This document shows, piece by piece, positions 1-6,692 of a stretch of DNA of 13,254 nt. The translations under genes were made by a program, and so were the position numbers. The first letter of the stretch is position 1, and every line of letters starts with the position of its first letter. The DNA is from Candidatus Methylomirabilia bacterium (lineage in GTDB: Bacteria; Methylomirabilota; Methylomirabilia; Rokubacteriales; CSP1-6), in NCBI GenBank assembly GCA_041492755.1, contig JBGPXN010000122.1, positions 1 through 13,254 of the forward strand, read 5' to 3'. The notes beneath the pieces are model-generated. The model was given only the letters and a program-made list of their open reading frames with translations, was not told where the DNA came from and ran no database searches.

Positions 1-549
1 GAACTTCGACGCCGTGTAGGCGCCGCGCCGAGGCGTGCCGCGCTTGCCCGAGACCGACGCCATGTTGATGATCCGCCCGCTGCCGCGCGATAGCATGTGA
101 GGGATCACGGCTCGGCTCATCAAGAACGTGCCCTTGAGATTGACGTCGACAACGAGGTCCCATGCCTCTTCCGGCACTTCCCAGAGTAGACGGCGATCGG
201 CGCCGTGAGGTGCGGCCGCGTTGTTGACGAGCACGTCGATGTGGCCAAACCGCGCGAGCGTCTCCGAGACGAAGCGTTCGGCGTCGGCGGCACGACTCAC
301 GTCGCCCACGATCGTGAGGACGCGACGCCCGAGGCCCTCGATCTCCGCGGCCAGGCTCTCGAGGCCTTTCCAGCCGAGGCGTATTTCCTCCAGCCCTTCG
401 TCGTTCTCGTTCCGCGCCCCGCCAGTGGCGATGTCGGTCGCGACGACGTCGGCACCCGCGCGTGCGAACGCGACTGAGATCGCGCGGCCCATCCCGCGTG
501 CCCGCGCACATCCAGTGACCAGTGCGATCTTTCCGTCGAATTCGCTCAC
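1..549 (-). CDS. SDR family NAD(P)-dependent oxidoreductase (3' end runs off the window)
   Basis: Not in the ORF track; manual translation from GTG at 549 gives MSEFDGKIALVTGCARARGMGRAIS...DVLVNNAA...VNLKGTF...GRIINMASVSG...YTASKF, i.e. Rossmann glycine motif, NNAG-like motif, catalytic Ser and YxxxK. An AAGGAGG Shine-Dalgarno lies about 8 nt upstream. Confidence 0.93.
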   Translation of the reverse strand, partial: MSEFDGKIALVTGCARARGMGRAISVAFARAGADVVATDIATGGARNENDEGLEEIRLGWKGLESLAAEIEGLGRRVLTIVGDVSRAADAERFVSETLARFGHIDVLVNNAAAPHGADRRLLWEVPEEAWDLVVDVNLKGTFLMSRAVIPHMLSRGSGRIINMASVSGKRGTPRRGAYTASKF

Positions 550-607
550 AGGAGGGACCTCCTTAGGGTTACGTCGGCTGCGCGCTCGCTGCCGCGTTCA
601 GCCAGTG

Positions 608-616
608 TGATACGAT
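608..616 (+). promoter_or_regulatory. Putative extended -10 promoter (TGaTACGAT) for a leaderless hicB transcript
   Basis: TG-n-TACGAT ends 7 nt before ATG 624; no Shine-Dalgarno is present. Confidence 0.5.
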
Positions 617-623
617 CTCGCGC

Positions 624-836
624 ATGAAGTACAGGGTCGTCATCGAGCAGGACGAAAATGGGGTTTTCGTCGCTCAGTGTCCCGCATTGCCGGGCTGCGT
701 CGCCCAGGGCTCGACCCGAGGCGAGGCGCTTGCCAACATTCGCGACGCCATCCAGGGCTATCTCGAAAGCCTGAAGGAGCACAACGAGCCGGTCCCGCCC
801 CCGATCAGCGAGGAGATCGTCGAGATCGCAATGTGA
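624..836 (+). CDS. hicB: Type II toxin-antitoxin HicB-family antitoxin (short form, no DNA-binding domain)
   Basis: MKYRVVIEQDENGVFVAQCPALPGCVAQGSTRGEALANIRDAIQGYLESL matches the HicB-like partial RNase H fold pattern (PxLPGCxxQGxTxxEAxxN). Confidence 0.9.
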   Translation: MKYRVVIEQDENGVFVAQCPALPGCVAQGSTRGEALANIRDAIQGYLESLKEHNEPVPPPISEEIVEIAM

Positions 837-989
837 TGGCAGACCGGGAGCCACATCGTCCTCCGCCACCAGAATCCTCCCTACCGGCGCCTGACTGTCC
901 CTGACCACAGGGAGCTCGCCAAGGGCACCCTACGCAGCTTGATCCGGGAAGCTGGTCTCACCGTCGAGGAGTTTGCCGCCCTCCTGTAG
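836..989 (+). pseudogene. hicA: HicA-family toxin remnant, N-terminal roughly 25 codons missing
   Basis: 837-989 translates WQTGSHIVLRHQNPPYRRLTVPDHRELAKGTLRSLIREAGLTVEEFAALL* (GSH catalytic motif, VPxH, GTLRSI-like). The overlapping ATG at 836 is out of frame with it and stops at 904. Confidence 0.82.
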
Positions 990-1044
990 TCGCGTCACTC
1001 ATCGCTACTGCGGGCCCCGTTCACGACCACCGGCCGAATCCTAT

Positions 1045-1050
1045 TATGCT
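1045..1050 (+). promoter_or_regulatory. Putative -10 box (TATGCT) for a leaderless VOC transcript
   Basis: TATTATGCT is an AT island in GC-rich DNA; TATGCT ends 6 nt before ATG 1057; no Shine-Dalgarno. Confidence 0.45.
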
Positions 1051-1056
1051 GGCCCC

Positions 1057-1467
1057 ATGAGGGTGCGCCGGCTCGACCACTTCGGCGTGGACGTCACGGA
1101 CCTCCGGCGCGCCGAGCGCTTCTACACCGAGGTGCTGGGTATGCGGGTCGAGATGCGGCTGCCCGAGCAGGTGCTCTTGAGATACGACACGGGCGCCTGC
1201 GCTCTGTTCCTGAGGCCGGGCCGGGTTCCGGGCGGTCTCGACCAGATCGAGAACCCGCTGGGAAAGAGCCATCACGCGTTCGAGGTCGACTTCGAGGACC
1301 TGGTCCGCGCGCAGGCGCTGTTCCGCGAGCGCGGCATCCCGTTCCACGCCCCGATCGACTGGGGCGATCACGACTGTCTCTACTTTCTCGATCCCGACGG
1401 CAACCTCCTCGAGCTCGTAGGTTATCGAGCGCAGCCACAAGCGACCGCCGGCGACGGCGGCCGCTGA
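1057..1467 (+). CDS. VOC family protein (glyoxalase/bleomycin resistance/dioxygenase superfamily)
   Basis: MRVRRLDHFGVDVTDLRRAERFYTEVLG...HHAFEV...LYFLDPDGNLLEL carries the metal-binding His/His/Glu and the DPDGN motif. Start placed at ATG 1057 rather than 973. Confidence 0.9.
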   Translation: MRVRRLDHFGVDVTDLRRAERFYTEVLGMRVEMRLPEQVLLRYDTGACALFLRPGRVPGGLDQIENPLGKSHHAFEVDFEDLVRAQALFRERGIPFHAPIDWGDHDCLYFLDPDGNLLELVGYRAQPQATAGDGGR

Positions 1468-1986
1468 TCACGTCGCTGCGGTCTCGATCTCCACGCCGTT
1501 GAGCACGGTGCGGCCGGTGACCGGCACCGGGCGCAGCAGCGCCTGCATGACGAAGCAGCCGCGCTCGGCGTTGCGGACGACGCGCGCGACGCGTTCGGGC
1601 GGATCCGGCGAGTCGATCTCCAGCACGGTCTCGGCGCCGACCATGGCCGCGTCGACGGAATCTTGAAGAATCGAGCCCTCGACGCCATAGCGCGCGGTCA
1701 CGCGCATCCGCATCCCGTCGATCGTGACCTTCAGCATGTGCCCGTACCGGGACACCTGGGTCATGAGTCAGAAGGCGAGCGCGGCGGTGAAGTACATGAG
1801 CGGCGTGGGCGCCGAGCCGAGGCCGCCGAGGCTCGATCCCTCGTCGCACGCGAACGTCATGTGACCGGTGCCGCCCCGGCTCGTGGTCGCAATCTTCAAG
1901 AACGGCGTGACCGACTGCACGTCGGCCTCGAACACGATCTCACGTTTGGTGACGCGCGGGTCGAGGCCTTCGGGTGTCTGGGGCAT
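1468..1986 (-). CDS. OsmC/Ohr-like peroxidase, predicted selenoprotein (Sec73 encoded by UGA at 1768-1770)
   Basis: Track ORFs 1768..2130 and 1468..1764 are in one frame separated by a single TGA. Joined from ATG 1986 (GAGGA Shine-Dalgarno): ...DEGSSLGGLGSAPTPLMYFTAALAF-U-LMTQV...VRNAERGCFVMQAL. The UGA falls at the first OsmC catalytic Cys position, the second Cys (C144) is kept, and a SECIS-like hairpin follows. Confidence 0.85.
1725..1763 (-). promoter_or_regulatory. Bacterial SECIS-like stem-loop
   Basis: mRNA after the UGA: CUCA UGACC CAG GUG U CCC GGUAC GGG CAC AUG CUG AA GGUCA. UGACC/GGUCA, CAG/CUG, GUG/CAC and CCC/GGG pair, with a bulged U and a G-first apical loop 19 nt after the UGA. 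Confidence 0.75.
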
Positions 1987-1998
1987 GGTCGTCCTCAC

Positions 1999-2040
1999 TT
2001 TCGAGCGACAGTCCCTTTCGATCGACAGTTCATTGACAGT
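1999..2040. repeat. Direct repeats in the divergent osmC-like/tct intergenic region (possible operator)
   Basis: TTTCGAGCGACAGT (1999-2012) and TTTCGATCGACAGT (2016-2029); a third GACAGT at 2035-2040 overlaps the -35 box. Confidence 0.55.
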
Positions 2041-2062
2041 AGACCGCGGCGCCCTATATAAG
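2033..2062 (+). promoter_or_regulatory. Sigma70-type promoter for the tct operon
   Basis: Perfect TTGACA at 2033-2038, then TATATA (16-nt spacer) or TATAAG (18-nt spacer). Confidence 0.65.
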
Positions 2063-2180
2063 CGCTGGGTGGACGGTAAGCGCGGCGCCCGCGACGCACA
2101 AGGGGTACGGCTCGACCTGTTCCTCGGCATCGCCGGAGCGCGCTGAGGAGCGCGGCGCCATACTCACCAGCGATCGGCTG

Positions 2181-2603
2181 ATGGGCGGGGCGCTGGCGGT
2201 GATCGCGGTCTTCGTCCTCGTGGAGAGCCGGAAGCTGCCGCTCGGTTCGCTGCGCAACCCCGGCCCCGCCTATCTGCCGGTGCTCCTCGCGCTCCTCCTG
2301 CTCGCTTTCGCCGTCGCCATCCTGGCTCTCGGCGCCCGGGCGCCGCTGGTGAGCCAGCTCGGGTGGTCGGAGTGGCGCACCGCGATGGCGATCCTGCTCG
2401 TGTGCGCCTTCGACGCGCTGGCGCTCGAGCGGCTCGGCTACCGGATCAGCATCGCCGCGAGCCTGCTCTTCCTCATCGGCGTCGTCGAGCGCAAGTCGGT
2501 GGTCCTCGCCGTGCTCGTGTCGGTGGGGCTCGCCGCCGGGTCGTTCTATCTCTTCGAGGGGCTGCTGAGAGTGCCGCTGCCGCGCGGCCCGTTCGGGATC
2601 TGA
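2181..2603 (+). CDS. tctB: Tripartite tricarboxylate transporter small membrane subunit TctB
   Basis: Four hydrophobic segments, PGPAYLP motif, ERLGY, C-terminal LLRVPLPRGPFG; directly upstream of tctA. The true start may be ATA at 2160. Confidence 0.88.
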   Translation: MGGALAVIAVFVLVESRKLPLGSLRNPGPAYLPVLLALLLLAFAVAILALGARAPLVSQLGWSEWRTAMAILLVCAFDALALERLGYRISIAASLLFLIGVVERKSVVLAVLVSVGLAAGSFYLFEGLLRVPLPRGPFGI

Positions 2604-2629
2604 GCGCGACGGACGGGATCTGAGCGCGA
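2594..2629 (+). repeat. 16-bp direct repeat spanning the tctB stop and tctA start
   Basis: CGGGATCTGAGCGCGA at 2594-2609 and 2614-2629. Confidence 0.85.
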
Positions 2630-4158
2630 TGGGCGAGGTCATCCAGAACCTCTACCTCGGATTCTCGGTGGCTTTGTCGCCGCCGATCCTGTTCTACGCG
2701 TTCGTCGGCTGTGTGGTCGGCACCCTCGTGGGGGTGCTTCCCGGCGTCGGGCCGCTGGCCGGGATCAGCCTGCTGCTCCCGGCGACGTTCGGTCTCGACG
2801 CGACCCGGGCCATCGTGATGCTCGCGGGCATCTACTACGGCGCGATGTACGGCGGATCGACCACGTCTATCCTCATGCGCATCCCCGGCGAGGCGGCGTC
2901 GGTGATGACGTGCATCGACGGCTACGCGATGGCCCGCAAGGGCCGGGCCGGCGCGGCGCTGGCCATCGCCGCCGTCGGCTCCTACATCGCCGGCACGGTC
3001 AGCGTCGTCGGCCTGATGTTCCTGGCCCCGCCGCTGGCGGCGTTCGCCTTGCGCTTCGGGCCCCCCGAATACTTCGCGCTGTTGCTGCTCGGGTTGCTGG
3101 TGCTCGCGTACATGTCGAGCGGCTCGATGATCAAGGCGCTGGCGATGGCGGCGTTCGGTCTGCTCCTCGGCATGATCGGCATCGACCAGATGACGGGATA
3201 CTTCCGCTTCGCCTTTGGCGTCGTCGAGCTGGGCGACGGGATCGGCATCGTGCCCGTCGCGGTGGGACTCTTCGGGCTCTCGGAAATCCTCGAGTCGGCC
3301 GGGCAGAAGACGCCGCCGGACGTCAAGCAGCCCAAGCTGCGCGATCTGCTGCCATCGCGACAGGAGTGGCGCGAGTCGGGCATGCCCATCGCCCGCGGCA
3401 CCGTGCTCGGCTTCCTCATCGGCATCGTGCCGGGCTCGGCCCACGTCATCTCGAGCTTCGTGTCCTACGCGGTCGAGCGGAAGCTGTCCAAGCATCCGGA
3501 GGAGTTCGGACACGGCGCGGTCGCGGGCGTGGCCGGACCGGAGTCGGCGAACAACTCCGCCACCTCCGGCGCGTTCGTGCCGATGCTGGCGCTCGGCGTG
3601 CCGTCGGGGCCGATCCCGGCGGTGATGCTCGCCGCCATGATGGTCCACGGCATCGCGCCGGGGCCGCTGCTCATCAAGGCCCAGCCCGAGCTGTTCTGGG
3701 GCTTCATCGCGTCGATGTACGTGGGCAACGTGATGCTGCTGATTCTCAACCTGCCGCTCGTCGGAATCTTCGTGAACCTGCTCCGCATCCCGTATCCGGT
3801 GCTCTATCCCGCCATCCTCATCTTCTGCATCCTCGGCGTCTACGCCGTGAACGGCAGCGTGGTCGACGTCTGGATCATGCTCGTCATGGGCGGGGTTGGA
3901 TACGTGATCCGCAAGTGCGGCTTCGAGACGGCACCCGTCGTGCTCGGCCTCGTGCTGGCGCCGCTGCTCGAGATGAGCTTGCGGCAGTCGCTGGCGATGT
4001 CGGACGGCTCCTACGCCATCTTCCTCACGCGCCCGATCGCGACGACGCAGCTGGGGGTCGGGCTGCTGCTGCTCGTGCTCAGCCTGCGCCCGCTGTTGAC
4101 GAAAGGTCTCGACTGGCGCGCCCGGTTGGCGCTCGCCGAAAGAGGAGAGACGCGATGA
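2629..4158 (+). CDS. tctA: Tripartite tricarboxylate transporter permease TctA
   Basis: 509 aa polytopic membrane protein with GVLPGVG, YYGAMYGGSTTSILMRIPG, GPPEYF and GVAGPESANNS TctA motifs. Confidence 0.96.
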   Translation: MGEVIQNLYLGFSVALSPPILFYAFVGCVVGTLVGVLPGVGPLAGISLLLPATFGLDATRAIVMLAGIYYGAMYGGSTTSILMRIPGEAASVMTCIDGYAMARKGRAGAALAIAAVGSYIAGTVSVVGLMFLAPPLAAFALRFGPPEYFALLLLGLLVLAYMSSGSMIKALAMAAFGLLLGMIGIDQMTGYFRFAFGVVELGDGIGIVPVAVGLFGLSEILESAGQKTPPDVKQPKLRDLLPSRQEWRESGMPIARGTVLGFLIGIVPGSAHVISSFVSYAVERKLSKHPEEFGHGAVAGVAGPESANNSATSGAFVPMLALGVPSGPIPAVMLAAMMVHGIAPGPLLIKAQPELFWGFIASMYVGNVMLLILNLPLVGIFVNLLRIPYPVLYPAILIFCILGVYAVNGSVVDVWIMLVMGGVGYVIRKCGFETAPVVLGLVLAPLLEMSLRQSLAMSDGSYAIFLTRPIATTQLGVGLLLLVLSLRPLLTKGLDWRARLALAERGETR

Positions 4159-5174
4159 AGCGTTCGCTCACCATGGTGCTGGCCGCGCTCGCCCTCGCCG
4201 GTCCCCCGGCCCTCGCCGGCCTCGCGGTCCTGTCCGGCCTCGCCCCGGTCGCCGGCGCCCAGGACGCCTTCCCGTCGCGACCGGTCACGCTCGTCGCGCC
4301 GTTCCCGCCGGGCGGGGTGGCCGATCTCACCGCGCGCCCGGTCGCGGCCGCGATGGAGAGAGTGTTCAAGGCGCCCGTGGGCGTGGTCAACAAGACCGGC
4401 GCGGCCGGCGCCGTCGGCATGCAGTTCGTGGCCACCAGCAAGCCGGACGGCTACACGCTGCTGCTGGCGCTGTCGAGCATCGCGATCATCCCCGAGGCGG
4501 ACAAGCTGTTCGGTCGCCCGCCCGCGTTCACGGTGGACCAGTTCGAGCCCATCGCGCTGGTGTCGGCCGATCCCACCATCCTCGTCGTCCGTGCCGAGAG
4601 CCCGTGGAAGACGGCGCGGGAGTTCCTCGAAGACGCCAGGAAGCGTCCCAACCAGATCTCGTTCAGCTCGTCGGGCGTGTACGGCACCCTGCACATGGCG
4701 ATGGAGCTGCTGTCGCACGCGGCCGGCGTGAAGCTGCGCCACGTGCCCTACGCCGGCGCCGGTCCGGCGCTCACCGCGATCCTGGGCGGGCACGTCGACG
4801 CGCTGGCCTCCGGGCCTGCGGTCGTGCTGCCGCACATCAAAGCCGGCAAGCTGCGCGCGCTCGCGGGGTGGGGGGACAAGCGCGTCGCCGCGCTCCCCGA
4901 CGTGCCGACGTTCAAGGAGCTCGGATATCCCGACGCCGAGTTCTACATCTGGGCGGGACTGTTCGCGCCCAGGGGCACGCCGGAGCCGGTGCTCGCGAAG
5001 CTGCGCGACACCGTGCGCGCGGCCGTTGGCGATCCCGATTTCAAAGCCGCCATGGACAAGCTCGAGACGCCCATCACGTTCAAGCAGGGCGACGAGTTCC
5101 GGAAGTTCTTCGACGCCGACGCCAAGCGACTGGCCGAGGGCGTGCGCAAGGTGGGGCGCCTCGAGACGAAATAG
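4155..5174 (+). CDS. tctC: Tripartite tricarboxylate transporter substrate-binding protein (TctC/Bug family)
   Basis: ATG 4155 overlaps the tctA stop (ATGA) after an AGAGGAG Shine-Dalgarno; signal peptide, then FPSRPVTLVAPFPPGGVADL, NKTGAAG, KPDGYTLL, HVPYAGAGPA, LPDVPTFKELG. Confidence 0.95.
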   Translation: MKRSLTMVLAALALAGPPALAGLAVLSGLAPVAGAQDAFPSRPVTLVAPFPPGGVADLTARPVAAAMERVFKAPVGVVNKTGAAGAVGMQFVATSKPDGYTLLLALSSIAIIPEADKLFGRPPAFTVDQFEPIALVSADPTILVVRAESPWKTAREFLEDARKRPNQISFSSSGVYGTLHMAMELLSHAAGVKLRHVPYAGAGPALTAILGGHVDALASGPAVVLPHIKAGKLRALAGWGDKRVAALPDVPTFKELGYPDAEFYIWAGLFAPRGTPEPVLAKLRDTVRAAVGDPDFKAAMDKLETPITFKQGDEFRKFFDADAKRLAEGVRKVGRLETK

Positions 5175-5229
5175 CCCCGATTCGGAACGCTGGCGCGTGC
5201 CCAGGGCCCCGGCAAAGTCCGCTGCTCGG

Positions 5230-5477
5230 ATGGTGAGCCGCTCCACCGCCTGCTGCAGGAGGGGGATTGCCGTGGCGACCTCGCCGCGTTCCAGGTGGGC
5301 CCAGCCCAGCACTCCCGAGGTGAGACTGGACGCCATCGGGTCCCGCGACGTCTCGACGGCTTGGCGGGCGATCCCGAGAGCAAGGTCGAGGTCTCCGCGC
5401 AAGATGTGGGCCCAGGCGCCGCCGTAGCCCGCCTCCGCGATGAGCGGGGCATCGGCGGTTGAGACGCCGATCGCCTC
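5230..5477 (-). pseudogene. Internal fragment of a TPR-repeat protein (like C-terminal regions of cyclase/AAA-TPR regulators)
   Basis: EAIGVSTADAPLIAEAGYGGAWAHILRGDLDLALGIARQAVETSRDPMASSLTSGVLGWAHLERGEVATAIPLLQQAVERL shows TPR periodicity (LGxAHxxxGExxxAIxxLxxA); it has no start or stop of its own. Confidence 0.6.
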
Positions 5478-5572
5478 GTGGCGGTGGCGATGTGGGTCGC
5501 GCCGTGAGCCCGGGACCTGGCGTATCCATCGGTGGGCATTGGCACGCCGCTCGACGCGCGGTACCCAGGGGG

Positions 5573-6504
5573 ATGGCGTGTGCCGAGCCCGTGTATCGTC
5601 CGCGAGACGCCGAGCACACCGTGCTCCATCGGGTCATCGGCGTACACCTGGACGCGTTCCTGCGCGCGGCCGCCGAGGCCGGCGACGGCGTGGGCCTCCC
5701 GCAGTTCGTCGAGCGCGAGTTCCGGGAGTTCCTGACGTGTGGCGTGTTCGAGGGCGGCGTGGCGCGCTTTCGCTGCGAGGGCTGCGCGCTCGAGCACCTG
5801 GTGCCGTTTTCCTGCAAGGGGCGGGGCTTCTGCCCGAGCTGTGGGGGCCGCCAGATGACCGAGCGGGCCGCCCATCTGGTGGACGCGGTGCTGCCGCGGG
5901 TGCCGGTGCGGCAGTGGGTTCTCACGGTGCCGTATCGGTTGCGGTACCGGCTGGCGTGGGATCACGGGCTGAGCCGCGCGGTGCTGGGAGTGTACGCGCG
6001 TGGGCTGCTCGACGTCTACGTGCGCGGCGCCCGCGGGCGCGGCATCGACGCAGGGCGTACGGGCCTGGTCACCGTGATGCAGCGCGCGGGAAGCGGGCTG
6101 AACGCGAACCTCCACTTTCACACGCTGGCGCTGGACGGGGTGTTCAGCGAGGGCCACGGGGGCGCGCTCGAGTTTCATCCGGCGCCCGCACTCCGCGCCC
6201 CGAGGTGGCGGAGCTGCTCGCCACGGTCCGCCACCGGGTCCGGCGGCTCCTCGTGCGCCGGGGCCTGGAACCCGGCAGCGACGCGACGGAGCTGGAGGAT
6301 CGGCTCGCCGAGGAGTCCCCCGCACTGGCCGGGATCGTCGGCGCTTCGATCCAAGGGCGGGTGGCGCTGGGCCCTCGCGCGGGGGCGCGGGTGCGGCGAC
6401 TCGGGCGCGACGTGGATCTCGAGACCGTGACCTCTCGGGGGCCTCGTCAGGCCCATCTGGAAGGGTTCGATCTGCACGCCAATGTGTGGGTGTCGGCCAA
6501 CGAC
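5573..6504 (+). mobile_element. IS91-like rolling-circle (HUH) transposase, N-terminal part; frameshifted near 6195-6200 and truncated
   Basis: Zn-binding motifs (RCEGC, FSCKGRGFCPSCG), VPVRQWVLTVP, HUH motif NLHFH; continues in another frame as EVAELLATVRHRV...GFDLHANVWVSAND, then breaks off. Confidence 0.9.
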
Positions 6505-6549
6505 CCGCGGCCGTGGGGTCAGCGCCGCAAGCTTCTCCAGGAACACCGG
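6502..6549 (-). mobile_element. Tiny inverted fragment of an IS91-like transposase C-terminal region
   Basis: PVFLEKLAALTPRPRV resembles the PLEFLERLAAM..P motif at 11850-11890. Confidence 0.55.
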
Positions 6550-6564
6550 TGGCTGGGCCACGGT

Positions 6565-6592
6565 GGGTCAAATTTCGATTGACACGTTTACA
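6565..6592 (-). mobile_element. Possible orphan IS21-family terminal inverted repeat
   Basis: Reverse strand reads TGTAAACGTGTCAATCGAAATTTGACCC: TG terminus plus AAATTTGACCC as in IS21/IS1326-type ends; AT-rich island at a mosaic junction; no partner end seen. Confidence 0.35.
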
Positions 6593-6692
6593 CTTCACCG
6601 CCACCGTTGTGCCCCAGCGTAGCCGCCAGTGAGCCCGCTGGGGATTGAAGCAGAGACGCATCCGCTCGGAATCTAGGGAGGGTCCCGTGACG

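Noticed and set aside
834..836. hicB UGA as a second selenocysteine codon
   Set aside because: It is at the normal HicB C-terminus, matches no conserved Cys, and has no convincing SECIS; a deletion in hicA explains the in-frame arrangement.
1468..2130. Two separate small genes, or a nonsense pseudogene, as suggested by the ORF track
   Set aside because: The stop falls on the catalytic Cys position and is followed by a SECIS-like hairpin, with no other lesions; the 2130 start would run through the divergent promoter.
2910..4154. N-terminal extension of the 754-aa ORF 2910..5174
   Set aside because: It overlaps tctA out of frame and is Arg-rich shadow translation; TctC starts at ATG 4155 with a Shine-Dalgarno and signal peptide.
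5540..5556. Sigma54-like promoter TGGCAC upstream of the IS91-like transposase
   Set aside because: The -12 element reads TCGA instead of TTGC, so the essential GC is missing.
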